A DNA stretch of 64,000 bases, taken from contig NW_027272282.1 of the NCBI RefSeq assembly GCF_040938485.1, forward strand, positions 558,001 to 622,000, in the 5' to 3' direction. This stretch comes from Diadema antillarum (Eukaryota). Below the pieces are notes generated by a model, which was given only the letters and a program-made list of their open reading frames with translations, did not search any database and was not told where the DNA came from. The position numbers were made by a program, and so were the translations under genes. Shown here piece by piece: positions 25,299 to 36,670 of the stretch; position 1 is the first letter of the stretch, and every line of letters starts with the position of its first letter.

Positions 25299-28200
25299 CA
25301 TTGTGCACACACAGAAGAGAGTAGGGAAAGAGAGGGCGGGAGGGGGAGAGGGGGAGTAGAGAGAGCGAAGGGCAGGTCAACATTCTCGATACAGGGTGAA
25401 GAAAAAGAACAACAATTCCAAACAGTCAAACTAATCATGGGGTACATATGAGCTAATCAAATATTTCTTTAATCATTCGTTGTGTGTAGGAAATGCTCGA
25501 AGCGTCACATTCTCTTGACTCTTGTCGTAAAATACTAAGTAAAGCACAGTATTTCATATCATCCGAAACAGGGAAATTGCTCCGAAAGGAACTTTACATA
25601 GTGGTCCCCTGTGCCGAGGAAAAAAAAATCCCCCAATGACGTCATTCATCATAATGTATACAGGATATTAAATACCTATCATCAATTTGCCTGTAATTAA
25701 ATTCTTAATGCCTTCCGATGGCCATTAATATTGCGAAGATATTCCCAATATAATTTTTTTCTTCTAGGTAAAGTAAGCGCTAACGCTTTTGTTGTACGTC
25801 ATTTTCCAGCTCCCACGAGCAAATGCGTGAAAAATTGTATCCTTTACGACACTTTAGCTCACTATACTTTGAACTCAATTCAGATATATTTTGACGATTC
25901 TGACGATTTTGACGAGCTACCTGTACTTAAAAGTCAGTCCGTTTATTTGTTTCTTCTTCTTGCTTCGTGGTCATTCATTTTTCGTTGAGCTCATTTTGTG
26001 TCATGTTTATGATCATCTTTATTTATGCCGATCCAACCATTTTTTTGTCAATGTAGTATGCCCAGAACTTTCACTCATGGTTCATTTATCTACTCTCTTT
26101 CACATCCTTTCGTCAGTCTTCCCTCATGCATGTTTTACAATTTGATAAGATTTATAACTCTGTTGTCAAGTTACAAGCAGTCTTGACCACCCAGCCGTTG
26201 TGTAAAATAGCGTTAAGAAAGGTTGTTTTGCTTACAATCTAAGACTCGAGTTTACCTTGGCGCCGCGCGCGATGTTATGATGACATGCAAGACTTGTTTA
26301 TTATTTGAAGAAATACAATTATAACACCAAGTTGGACAATGAGGGAGATATTTCTTTTGAAATTTGAACGTAAGTGAGCAAAACGTAAAATGATTATTTT
26401 GCAATGAAATCTCGGAAGGCGCTGTTTGTTCGTCATGGTTAAACTAAACTGTACAGAAAGCATTCATCTTATTTAAAATGCAACTGGATATATTTGTGAG
26501 GATTTCCTGCGTCTTTAGACGTCTTTTCTCAGTAAATGTTCAGGATTGAGGAAGAACCGGGAAACACACATCTCTCTTGCCTTGATTACTTTGAGCTATG
26601 TTTGCCTGAGAAGGTAAAAACATATCACTCACCTGCTGGCGTGTATGTGTTCGGAAAGCATAGAGAGTGAGCAGAGATGTAATAGCCTGCGGCAATTCGA
26701 TCAGAGTCAAACACAGCGGAAGTGAGATGAGATGTGTTAAGCTTCGGAAATCCGATAAAAAACCCCGAGCATCTCAGGTTAAACACAGATATTTCAATTA
26801 TCACTGTTATTCTCGAGCCGAAATGATAAATTGTTGATTCATGTTTGCCCGCGTATACATTGTTGTATAAGTACGAGGAATTTATTCGACCAACGGGCAG
26901 ATGAGCAGAATGTAGCGAATCCTAAGTAAGGTGTGACTGATGGCCTAAACAAACGGACTCATCCCTTCGCGTGGAAGATTCATGATTCGGTTTTGCAATG
27001 GTGTTAGAAGACATCCGGGTCTCGTTTGTCAGTACGATCAGTCTCGAGGCGTTCTAACTTCGCACTGCCGTCGGATATCCGACGGTATCCGAATATTGAT
27101 CACTTGTCGAATATTTTCACCCCCCCCCCCCCCCGTGTAGTATTGAAGTGGTATACTGACCTTTACAAAAGAACAAAAATAAAACGAAATAGCGCTTATG
27201 GGAACAATGAGAGTGTCTTTATCGTCGGTTAAGATATAAAAACATTTTTTATTATATCTGTAGTATAAATGAAAGAAGGTAATTATTCCCTTACTTCTCC
27301 CTATTCCTTCTGAATATCAAAAATATAAAAGAATATCAAAACAACACAATTGATAGCCATTTATTTAAAGTGCATGAGTAGCTGCACTTAATAATAAGAC
27401 TTGTTTGTTCGTTTGTTTGTTTGTTTGTTTGTGTACTTGATTGTTCATTCAAATTTACCCTTTAACAATAAAAACCTGGTTCAAAATAATACAAGTTTTG
27501 AATTGGGTTGTGTTCTGGTGATAGGTCTATAATTAGGCCTATGTCTTTCTTTCCGGTCTGAAAACATCTACAGTGCTACCGAGCATGCATGGCTTGCTGT
27601 ATAAATTGCAGAGAAACGGAATAAACAAAACTCCATCCAGCACCTCACGACTTCCTCAGTCGATCGATATATCGATATTGCCGATTAGCCGATAGGCTTT
27701 CATCCCGCCAAAACGTGCTTCAAGACGTAGACGTTCCGAACGATCTTGGGACCATGTGGACTTTCAAATCAATTTTGCATTAGCGCTGATTGGCTGTAAT
27801 AAATAGGGCACTGCGCTGTCAATAAAGTTGAATCATTTCATTAATCTCTTTTTGATTTCGAGTCCAGTGCAATATGTCTCTGGTGTGTGTTTTTTGGAAG
27901 GGCCCGACCACACTGCCATTATTCGATTTATTTTCCGTGTCTGCTATTTTCATTGAAAGCCATACCGTCAGCATTGATCGGATATCAGTATGGCGGAAAC
28001 GAAATAGAAAATTATATCAAACTGGTCTATACCTATACCGTTCTCCGTGGAAAGAGTTCATACACCAAAACACTCAGATTTCATTTGACAAACCTTGTGA
28101 TCTTCCGGTTTGAGCTGTATTTGTGCGCTATCCTTCACCAGTTGAATTTGACCCCAGACAAACAAAATAGAAAAATGAAAACATTAGATGAGCTGATGAT

Positions 28201-28511
28201 ATATTTCTAATTCATGAAACAACAAGAAATCCCTCAAATATGGCAATAGCAACGATTTCTTCATGAAGTAGAATAAAATTTGAAGGCGTTCCGTGTTTTT
28301 TGAGTCATTGAATTTGTCATTAGCTTTCATATTGAGGATGTGTGCTACTAATCGGTTTGACATGCAGCTATTATTTATTGTTTGGGGAGGAAGGTCCATC
28401 TTATACACTGTCGACAGGTTGACTCTTTATATCCAAAGCATCAGTGGGTGAGATTCACCTACACGTTTCTTTATCTCAGTCATCGAAATCACGTTCCATA
28501 AACAACATTAA

Positions 28512-28797
28512 CAGGGCCGACGGAGCGTTTTCAAAAGTGTGGGGGTGGCACTTTCGGGTTACATGAGCTAACAAGAAAAAAAAAAAGGGTCCTCAGCTCA
28601 TCTCTCCCCTTCCACTTCCGGGTTACTATAAAAAAAGGTCTTCTTTTTAGTACAACTTACGTACTTCCGGGTTAAAAAATTGGGGGGGGGGGGGGGAGGG
28701 GGCCCAACTGATGAAACCTTATGTATTCCTTTGTATGGTGCGCAAAAAGTGGGGGGGGGGGGCGAGCCCCCACGGTCCCCCGGTTCCGCCGGCCATG
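28512..28797. mobile_element. Non-autonomous DNA transposon (MITE) with poly-G tracts; superfamily unresolved
   Basis: TIRs CAGGGCCGACGGA / TCCGCCGGCCATG (11 of 13 match); flanked by an ATTAA direct repeat (28507-28511 and 28798-28802). Confidence 0.65.
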
Positions 28798-29864
28798 ATT
28801 AAGAATACAGACATAGGCCTATAGTGATGATGATAAGTGATGATGATGGGATGGTTATGACAATCATAATGATGATTTAACAATAATGACGATAAAAATA
28901 ATGATTATGATAATGATGATAAAGATTAATTTCAGTATCTTCACATGAATATTTTCCGTGTAAAGCATACAGTCGTGTATAATTTTGTACACACTCAATG
29001 ATCGTATTAAATTTGTTCAAGATAAGGAAATCCTTGAATGTTTAACAGTTTATTTTAACGAACGATAGCTATTTGTTTAATTAAGAGGAAAATATGTCAG
29101 ACACAAGAAAAAGAAGTAGAGAAATATCCGCAAGATTACAAAATGTAATATTATGTAAATGGATATTAATTGATTTGATTGCCAGTGATGTCAAGAATTC
29201 AAAGAAACGGCAGGAGGAGAGCCTATCTATATACACCATGTTTTACAAGCGTAAATTAACTGGTAGCCAACGTGTTTCAGTGCAGCTTTTTCCCCCTTTT
29301 CCACGGAGTTTTTAAAGTAATTTGGTATCATGTTTACGATAATCACTGTACGATAATCATTACGATGCCATTTCACTTATGCTTTAATTCTCTAAAATTA
29401 TATCTTATTATATTCTGCGTTTGTTACATGTTCTTGGTTCTGAAATGCATGACATGAAATGAATTGTATATTTATAAAGATAGAAAGCGAGAGAAATAGA
29501 TGTAGGTATCGATGTAGATATAATCATAATACGTTTATTTACATGTGTGTATATGCACGTGTATGCTTACACATTAAGATAGAAAGCAAGAGAAATGTAT
29601 ATGATACACAGTAGATATAGAAATAGATAGTCAACGACCATGATAAGTGTAAGTGCATGCAACCGTGCGTATGAATGTGTTATAGAATTAAAAAATGATG
29701 GAGGGTCCACTTTGGAGAGTAACCAGATTAAGTGCGGTTTTGGCGCAAGAATATTTCATACAGCAAATCAGCTCCAACGACTCACGAATCATAATATTGA
29801 ATTATAAATGACAATCTGATTCTCGCAGTGTTGGCATATGAATGACTTTGCCAGAATAGTGAGA

Positions 29865-30003
29865 NNNNNNNNNNNNNNNNNNNNNNNNNNNNNNNNNNNN
29901 NNNNNNNNNNNNNNNNNNNNNNNNNNNNNNNNNNNNNNNNNNNNNNNNNNNNNNNNNNNNNNNNNNNNNNNNNNNNNNNNNNNNNNNNNNNNNNNNNNNN
30001 NNN
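29865..30003. other. Assembly gap (N-run)
   Basis: 139 N. Confidence 0.98.
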
Positions 30004-31924
30004 GGTGAACAGAAAACGTCTCTCCAGTATATACAGTGCTCATGTCCCTACAAAGAGGCTAAGCCTTCGGATGCATTATCTAACATGGTTTATTCTTGTT
30101 TGGTGATGCACTTTGTCGAATAACATCAGATAGGTTCGTGCATTGTGGCTGTTCCAGATAAGACCCCAACTTGAGCAGCCTCCTTTTCACTTTCGCCCCA
30201 CATAAAACTCGATAAAAACTGCAATATTAGTACAGAAGAACTTTCCGAAAAAGATGGGGTAAGGAGAAGAAGAAATAAGTTTGCCCTTTTTTTTTCATAT
30301 GTTTTTAGTTAAGTCGTTTTATAATCAAGCTCGTCTTTAGAAGATATGGAAATAGAGTGACCGGTTGTGAAGTAAATGTCAAACATGCATTACGATGCCC
30401 ACTTATCGTTCGGTCATCGGAAGAAGAGCCCCAAGCAGTAGGTCGACGTTTCAACCTCAATATTGAAAATTGTTATTGCTAGATCGATGAGCGGATCAGC
30501 GGCATTACTTTTGACAAACAACTCCCCCCCCCCCTTCTCATTCCGACTAGCTCTGCCTCCCGCCATTATCTAGGACTATAATGGGAATGTTTGCCGTCCT
30601 ATTCTGAAGCAAGAATCGAGTTACATTATATCACGATTATGACTGTTTGTTGTGACTAAGGATTTAGGTACAGATAAAAGGAAATGCAGTCACAGTCACA
30701 GTTAACTCTTTAACTACGGGAATCGGTTGTGTCATCCATTAAGTCTATGGGGAATTGCCACATCTTGAAATCAATGCATTTGATGATGGTTGAGATGCAC
30801 GCCACGTCAGACCAGTGTCTTTTTTTTTCAGTATTAAACATTCAGACATAGGTTTTTCATTAGGATTTTTTTCATCATCTCTATTGACTCTTTTATTAAA
30901 TGTGCATTACGCATTGCATCTGATGTTCTGTTGTTGTTGTTTTTTTTATTGAAATACGACTGGAGTGATCAGTTCAAGTAAAACTTCTTCCTTTAATCAC
31001 ATTCCTGGCGAGTTCATCGATTTCCCACCAACATCATGTTACCCGGGGGAAAAAAGTATCTCTAAGCAATGCTTAGTATCGTGTCCGTTCGAATTTTACC
31101 TCGATAAGGGGGCAACCGAAGATTACGTGAATGGAATAACGATCACCTGTAACTCTTTCAATCTTCAAAAGTGTGCATGCAGTACGTACAGATGACAATG
31201 AAAAAGAGTGCATAACATTCAGCCCAGTCTAGTAAACCTTACCACAAGCAATAGACAGTAAGTCGAATTTCGCTTACGTGAAAAGATCTCTCCAAGGACC
31301 TATTTAGATTCATTTCTTAATGATTATGTGTAAAAAAAAAATCACAGCTTTTTTTTTTTAGTAACACAAAGTAGACTGAACTTTATTCCTACTCCTCATG
31401 CCATAAAAAGATCACTCATCGTACACACGATCCGTTGGTTGCGGATGGACCTAAGCATTGTAGTACAGTAACTCAAGCAGGTGCACATTGCCATTGTGCT
31501 ATTATCGGAGAAGAGTTCTCATTCTCACGTTCCAGTTTTATAAGCTGAGCGGACTGCTGGTCTTCTTCCATAGGTTTCTGTTGATAGGCGGTCCTTGGAG
31601 GGCATGTTCTCATTTTCGTGATCGATACCACTCAAGTTCGCTGTATGATCGATATCCCGAATTGACGCCACGTGGACGCCGTGACATTGTACACTATGTG
31701 AGACGGTGCATCAGCTGCTGCGGCGAATGCATTAGGTTTCGTGACCTTTTATGGTGACTGTGTGTGTGGGTATTAGTGTGTGACTGTGTTTGTTGATATG
31801 TGTGTGTAAGCATGTACGAGAGTATGTGTATGTGCATTTTTTTGTTTGTTACGACTCTGTGTGTGTATGTATGTTCTTGCCCTTATCTCTGTCAGTCTGT
31901 TTGCATGTTGACTTGTGACACCAG

Positions 31925-32088
31925 GGCCCTGTTTCATAAAGCTGTTCGTAAAGTTACGAACAACTTACGAGTGACTGGTGGTCAGTTCTGATGTACTATA
32001 CATATCAGAATTTCCATAATTCAGCACAAGAACCACCAGTCGCTCATAAGTCGTTCGTAACTTTACGAACAGCTTTATGAAACACCCC
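31925..32088. mobile_element. PHIS/Harbinger-like MITE with ~55-bp TIRs
   Basis: GTTTCATAAAGCTGTTCGTAAAGTTACGAAC.ACTTA.GAG.GACTGGTGGT pairs with ACCACCAGTCGCTCATAAGTCGTTCGTAACTTTACGAACAGCTTTATGAAAC. CAG lies on both flanks, but the exact TSD register is ambiguous by one base. Confidence 0.8.
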
Positions 32089-32688
32089 CAGGGCGTCACA
32101 TTATTGCTACAGGGTTGAAAAAGAAATATGCTTACTTAATTGAAGAGAAACGCTACAACGTTCCAAGAAAAAGAGCAGTTGACAGTTGACAAAAACCATT
32201 ACCAAGATTGGGTCATTTAATACTTTCACAATCAAATTTTGTCTGGTGTATGTCTGAATACCACAATTAGTCATTTAACTTGTTTTATTCTAGAGGGTGC
32301 GCTATATTTCTAATCTAATTCACGGAGTAATTACGATTATGGATGGAGTAATCCATTTGAACTGTAGCGCTAGGAATGGAAGGAAGGTCCATAACTTTGT
32401 CTTACGGTGGAAAGAGAATTAGCTTAGAATTAATCATTTCAAATTTCATTCACAATGATTTAAAAAAAACCCCAGAAATACCGCGGTTTGGGGGGATTGT
32501 TTTCATAGGCACCGATTAATTGTCTACGCGATGAGATACATTCACATTTCTCAGAACTTTTGGGCTATATTCATCATGAGAAGTCTTGGATTTGGTTCGT
32601 TGGCGATTGTAATGCAGAAGCCGAACGTCATAGAACACGGGGTTCTGATGTTTGTCATAGTTTCAGTGTATGTACAACGACTTAACAA

Positions 32689-32850
32689 GGACCCTGTTTC
32701 ATAAAAGATGTTAGAATAACAGCTCTTGATAGAATAGCAACTTCCCATAGCAACAGCTAATCAGGAAGCAGGATTATTCTTACTACACTGCCTGAGACTT
32801 GCCATTCCAGCAAGCGTTGCTATTACACCAAACTATTTTATAAAAACATG
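32689..32850. mobile_element. Older MITE with the same CCCTGTTTCATAAA terminus
   Basis: Left GGACCCTGTTTCATAAAA; degenerate right end TTTTATAAAAACATG. Confidence 0.45.
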
Positions 32851-33329
32851 AAATGTGCCCCAGATCAGCGTGATTTGCTGATAGCAACACGGGAGGGGTG
32901 GGGGGGGGGGGGGGTAGGTAGGGATGAAACGAAGAACTATTGCCGTAGTGGGAAAAGAAAAAAAAATAAATAAAAGGAAGAGATGATCAAGGCCGATATC
33001 CCCGACGGGCCGAGTCGACCTGCGTGGGACGTCAACGCGACATCGTCGGAAGTAAAGAATGCTATATACGTCCTTTCTTTCTTTCTGACGACATTGAGGG
33101 TCAAGGTTCGCGGGAAAATGTGTTAGACAAATCACAGAGATAGATAGATAGATAGACTTTCATTGATGTGTAGGAAAATTATACAACAAAACTATCCTCT
33201 CTAGGTCCTTTATACCATAATGGTGCTGTTGGCATATTCTGCAAAATTTTGAGTTTGGTATGAACAGTAACTCGTCTTGTCAATTTATGGCCGATTGTGT
33301 TTAACAGTCTTAACATCTTACAATTATAA

Positions 33330-33600
33330 AGTTGAATACAACGCTGCCCTTACTCCTTAATTACCCCTCTATCCTTGGATCTTTTTTTTTCTTTGTACGT
33401 ACAATACCTGTTCAATTATTGTCCGCTGTGTGCTCTTATGCTTACAGCCGTCTGTGTAGACATTTATTTAATCTTGTCCTTTCTTATCCAAACCTACAGA
33501 TCTATTCTATTTCGGGGTTGTTGGTTTTTTTTTTTTTTTTTTTGGTATATCTATTTCGGGGACTGGAAGTTCTAGTGCAAGCATTGCTTTTTGTTTAAAA
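33330..33600 (+). mobile_element. Possible LINE 3' UTR remnant
   Basis: T-rich stretch ending in ...TTCTAGTGCAAGCATTGCTTTTT, a CAAGC/GCTT stem-loop like those in the LINE tails at 22.0-22.35 kb; no coding remnant recognised. Confidence 0.25.
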
Positions 33601-34495
33601 CAATACTTCGTTCTTATCACATAAGATGGAAATATTTTGTTTGTGATTATTATTCGATATTTTTTCTAAGTTAGTTTAATCGTACTTGCGTGTGAGTCTT
33701 ATTCTCAGAGCCGCCGATAGCCAAAAAAAAAAAAAAAATGGGGGGAAGATATACGTTGAACTGAAGTAAATTGACAACTAATTGATGTGTTTGTCTTCTT
33801 TGAAAAGACACCCAGCGGTATCAAAACAACAATATTTCTTTCTGAATTTCCCCACTCAGTCAGTTCGGTTTCATTATTTCCCTTTTGAGCTTGTGCGAGT
33901 GACAAAATGGCGCCTGAAGGTCATTAAACTAAAATGATAACATGACATGGTGAGGTTTGAAATCTAGATCATGATAAATTGTCTGCTTCGTCGAACCCAT
34001 TCCTTATATCGTCAACTCATTCTTGATTTCCAGGCTCCAGATCTTTCATTCACTCTGCGTTTACGCAGAAATCTGATCGTGAAGATAAGGGAATAATCTA
34101 ATATACATGCAAAGCACATGATAAATTGCCGCTTCTGCAGTTCGGTTCCGCTTTTACAGCATTGTCAACCTAATTTGACTTCGAGCTTCCGAATGTTTCA
34201 TCAATCAAATAATTTTATTATTTTACTCCCTGGCTGTGCACGTCAAGACTCGGAGAACACGAAGTCACATTCGCACTGATGAAAGTCGCTTACGTTTTGA
34301 TGAATGCGTCGCCGCATAAACATGAATTTCTCATGAATTCGTACACAACGTCATGGGACGATCTTTACAATGGCGCCGCGACACCCGGTTCGCATCACGT
34401 GACATTTTGCCATCCGCCATCCCTGTAAGTCCTTAACCCGTTGCTTTGTCATTCGTGTAAGTCAGCATCGCTTAATCACATACGTATAGATAGTA

Positions 34496-34539
34496 AACCT
34501 GGTTTGCGTTAACAGAGTGAACCTGGTTTGCGTTAACAG
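34496..34539 (+). repeat. Short tandem duplication (24-bp period)
   Basis: AACCTGGTTTGCGTTAACAG at 34496-34515 and 34520-34539. Confidence 0.85.
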
Positions 34540-36193
34540 TCACCGTACTGACGGAGATTGAGGATTATGTTTATGCAACAGATAACACATCAGCCCAAAG
34601 TCTTTCTCCGCGCAGAAAACAGATGAAGGTTACGAGAGAGCAATGCACCCAGTGTGAACGAAATGGCCGGTCTAAACTACTTTTATCTCCAAAAGTCTGA
34701 TGTTGTATTGGTGATCTGTCAGCTCGTGTGCCTCGATTCCGCAGCTCGGGTTCTTTGGATGATAACTTTATCTTTTTCTCTTCTCCCGCGGGACTCCAAA
34801 AGGGGATAGTCTCGGAATTTCAATTTCATTACCCTGAGAAAAAAAAAAATACTCCAGTAAATGCAGTAGACTTTCAAAACATCTTACCTGACTCGGGTTC
34901 TGTTTGATCGTTTTATGAACAAATTAAGTTCTTGATGGTGGGAGGTTTCCACTTCATCGAGGCGTAGTTGCAGTCGAGTGGATCTCAACAAGAATTGTAA
35001 TAAGAGACAATGAAATCGTGAGACGTTATTCATCGTTGGGGCGATGTTGTGAATTTCCAAGAATCTATTTTTTTTAAAGACCTACAACAAGCAAAAAAGA
35101 CATTTCATCCCTTTTTCAGGACCCGTCGTGGAATTCTCTATCAAGCATAAGCGGTCTCTAAATCGTATATGTACATAATAGATTATGATATTCGCGTTCC
35201 ATACACATACAGTGTATACAGAATGTAACGGAGCGGTCATCGAGCGTTCACTATTATTATGTTCAGTCCAGCAGTGGAATTAATGAATGCCTCGATGAGG
35301 TTGACGGTACACAATTCCACCCCATATTACAAAGATATGAATGTAATTGCCGGAAGATTGGCGCATCATGTATATCGTGGTCACTTTATCATTATGAAAA
35401 CCAATTTACCATTTTCTGCATAGAGGCAAAAACAGAGGAGTGTGCTGTATACACGTAACTGAAGGTCAAAGCACTAATCATCGTGTTTTAGTGAGCCTCG
35501 ATCAGAGCAAGGAGCTACGTTGTAGCTCCATGATCAGAGGTCCAACCTAACGCTTTGACCTTTAAATCCTAAAACATCCATTATTGTTCAAGTCATTAAG
35601 AATACAAAGAAAAAATCAATATGGTTCTTTCATGATTGTAATGTATCATCCATGTACATTGACTAACGCAGAATTCAATCATTCAATGTACTATAGTAAT
35701 CATAAAACGTACATGCATGTACTTACATACATAGGCCGACATATATTATACATACATGCATTCACAAATGCATAATGCATACAAACCTACATGCATACAT
35801 ACATACACACATACATGTTATATAGCAGAAAAGAGTTAAAATAGATGGGTTTGTCTGCAGTCGACCAATCGAGTCCGCCCGTTACAGGAATCAGTTCTTT
35901 CTTTTATGACCTTGCCAGTGGCTGTTTCAACACGCCCCATCACCACAAGCTCACGAACGCGTTATTTTCAGCTTTGTCGTCACCAATGACGTAAGCTCTG
36001 AACTCTGTCACACAGAGGAGTGGGATTAAGATACGTTTAGACTGGATTAATCATACCTTTAACTTTCTCTCTCACTAAAAGCCATCGATTTTTTTTTTTC
36101 CGGCGAGTTTTCTGAAATTCAGTAACAATTGAGAATTCGAGAAACGGTCAAGCTCTCTGTAAGTGGAGTAATTTCAAATAGCCTGACGTGCTG

Positions 36194-36194
<1 letters not shown>

Positions 36195-36244
<50 letters not shown>

Positions 36245-36282
36245 TATATATTTATATATATGTATATATGCATAATATATAT
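36195..36282 (+). repeat. (TA)n microsatellite
   Basis: Directly visible. Confidence 0.9.
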
Positions 36283-36628
36283 AAAAGAGAGAGAGAGATT
36301 ATATATCAATTGTTTTTAATGACGGAATTTTATTGAATTTCGAAATGCATTATACAAATAAACGATTGTTATGGGGTATGCCGCATGTCCATTTGGATGA
36401 GTCGAATCCACACTGGTTCTGCCAAACAGTCCTTCAGTTCCCTTATAGTGATTCACGCCTAAAGTGTCTCTGCGGAAAGAAGATCAGAAAGTTGAAGAAG
36501 AGAAAAGCCATTACTGACGTGCGGCGTCTGTAATACTATCACCACGTGATTGCTCTTTCCCGCTTTTTTAAAAATCTTAACTGTGGGTGCGTCGCCTTCT
36601 CCAACGAATAACACCTTCCACCGAATAG

Positions 36629-36670
36629 GTGGAGAAACTGCAGCGGCTGATGTCCTTCGATGGGATGGAG
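36629..36670 (+). CDS. Candidate 42-nt phase 0-0 micro-exon (VEKLQRLMSFDGME), possibly ICL3 of the GPCR
   Basis: Preceded by about 119 nt without an AG dinucleotide, ending in ...CCGAATAG|; followed by GAG|GTATGA; 14 codons with no stop; phase matches the exon-1 donor. No homology confirmation. Confidence 0.3.
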
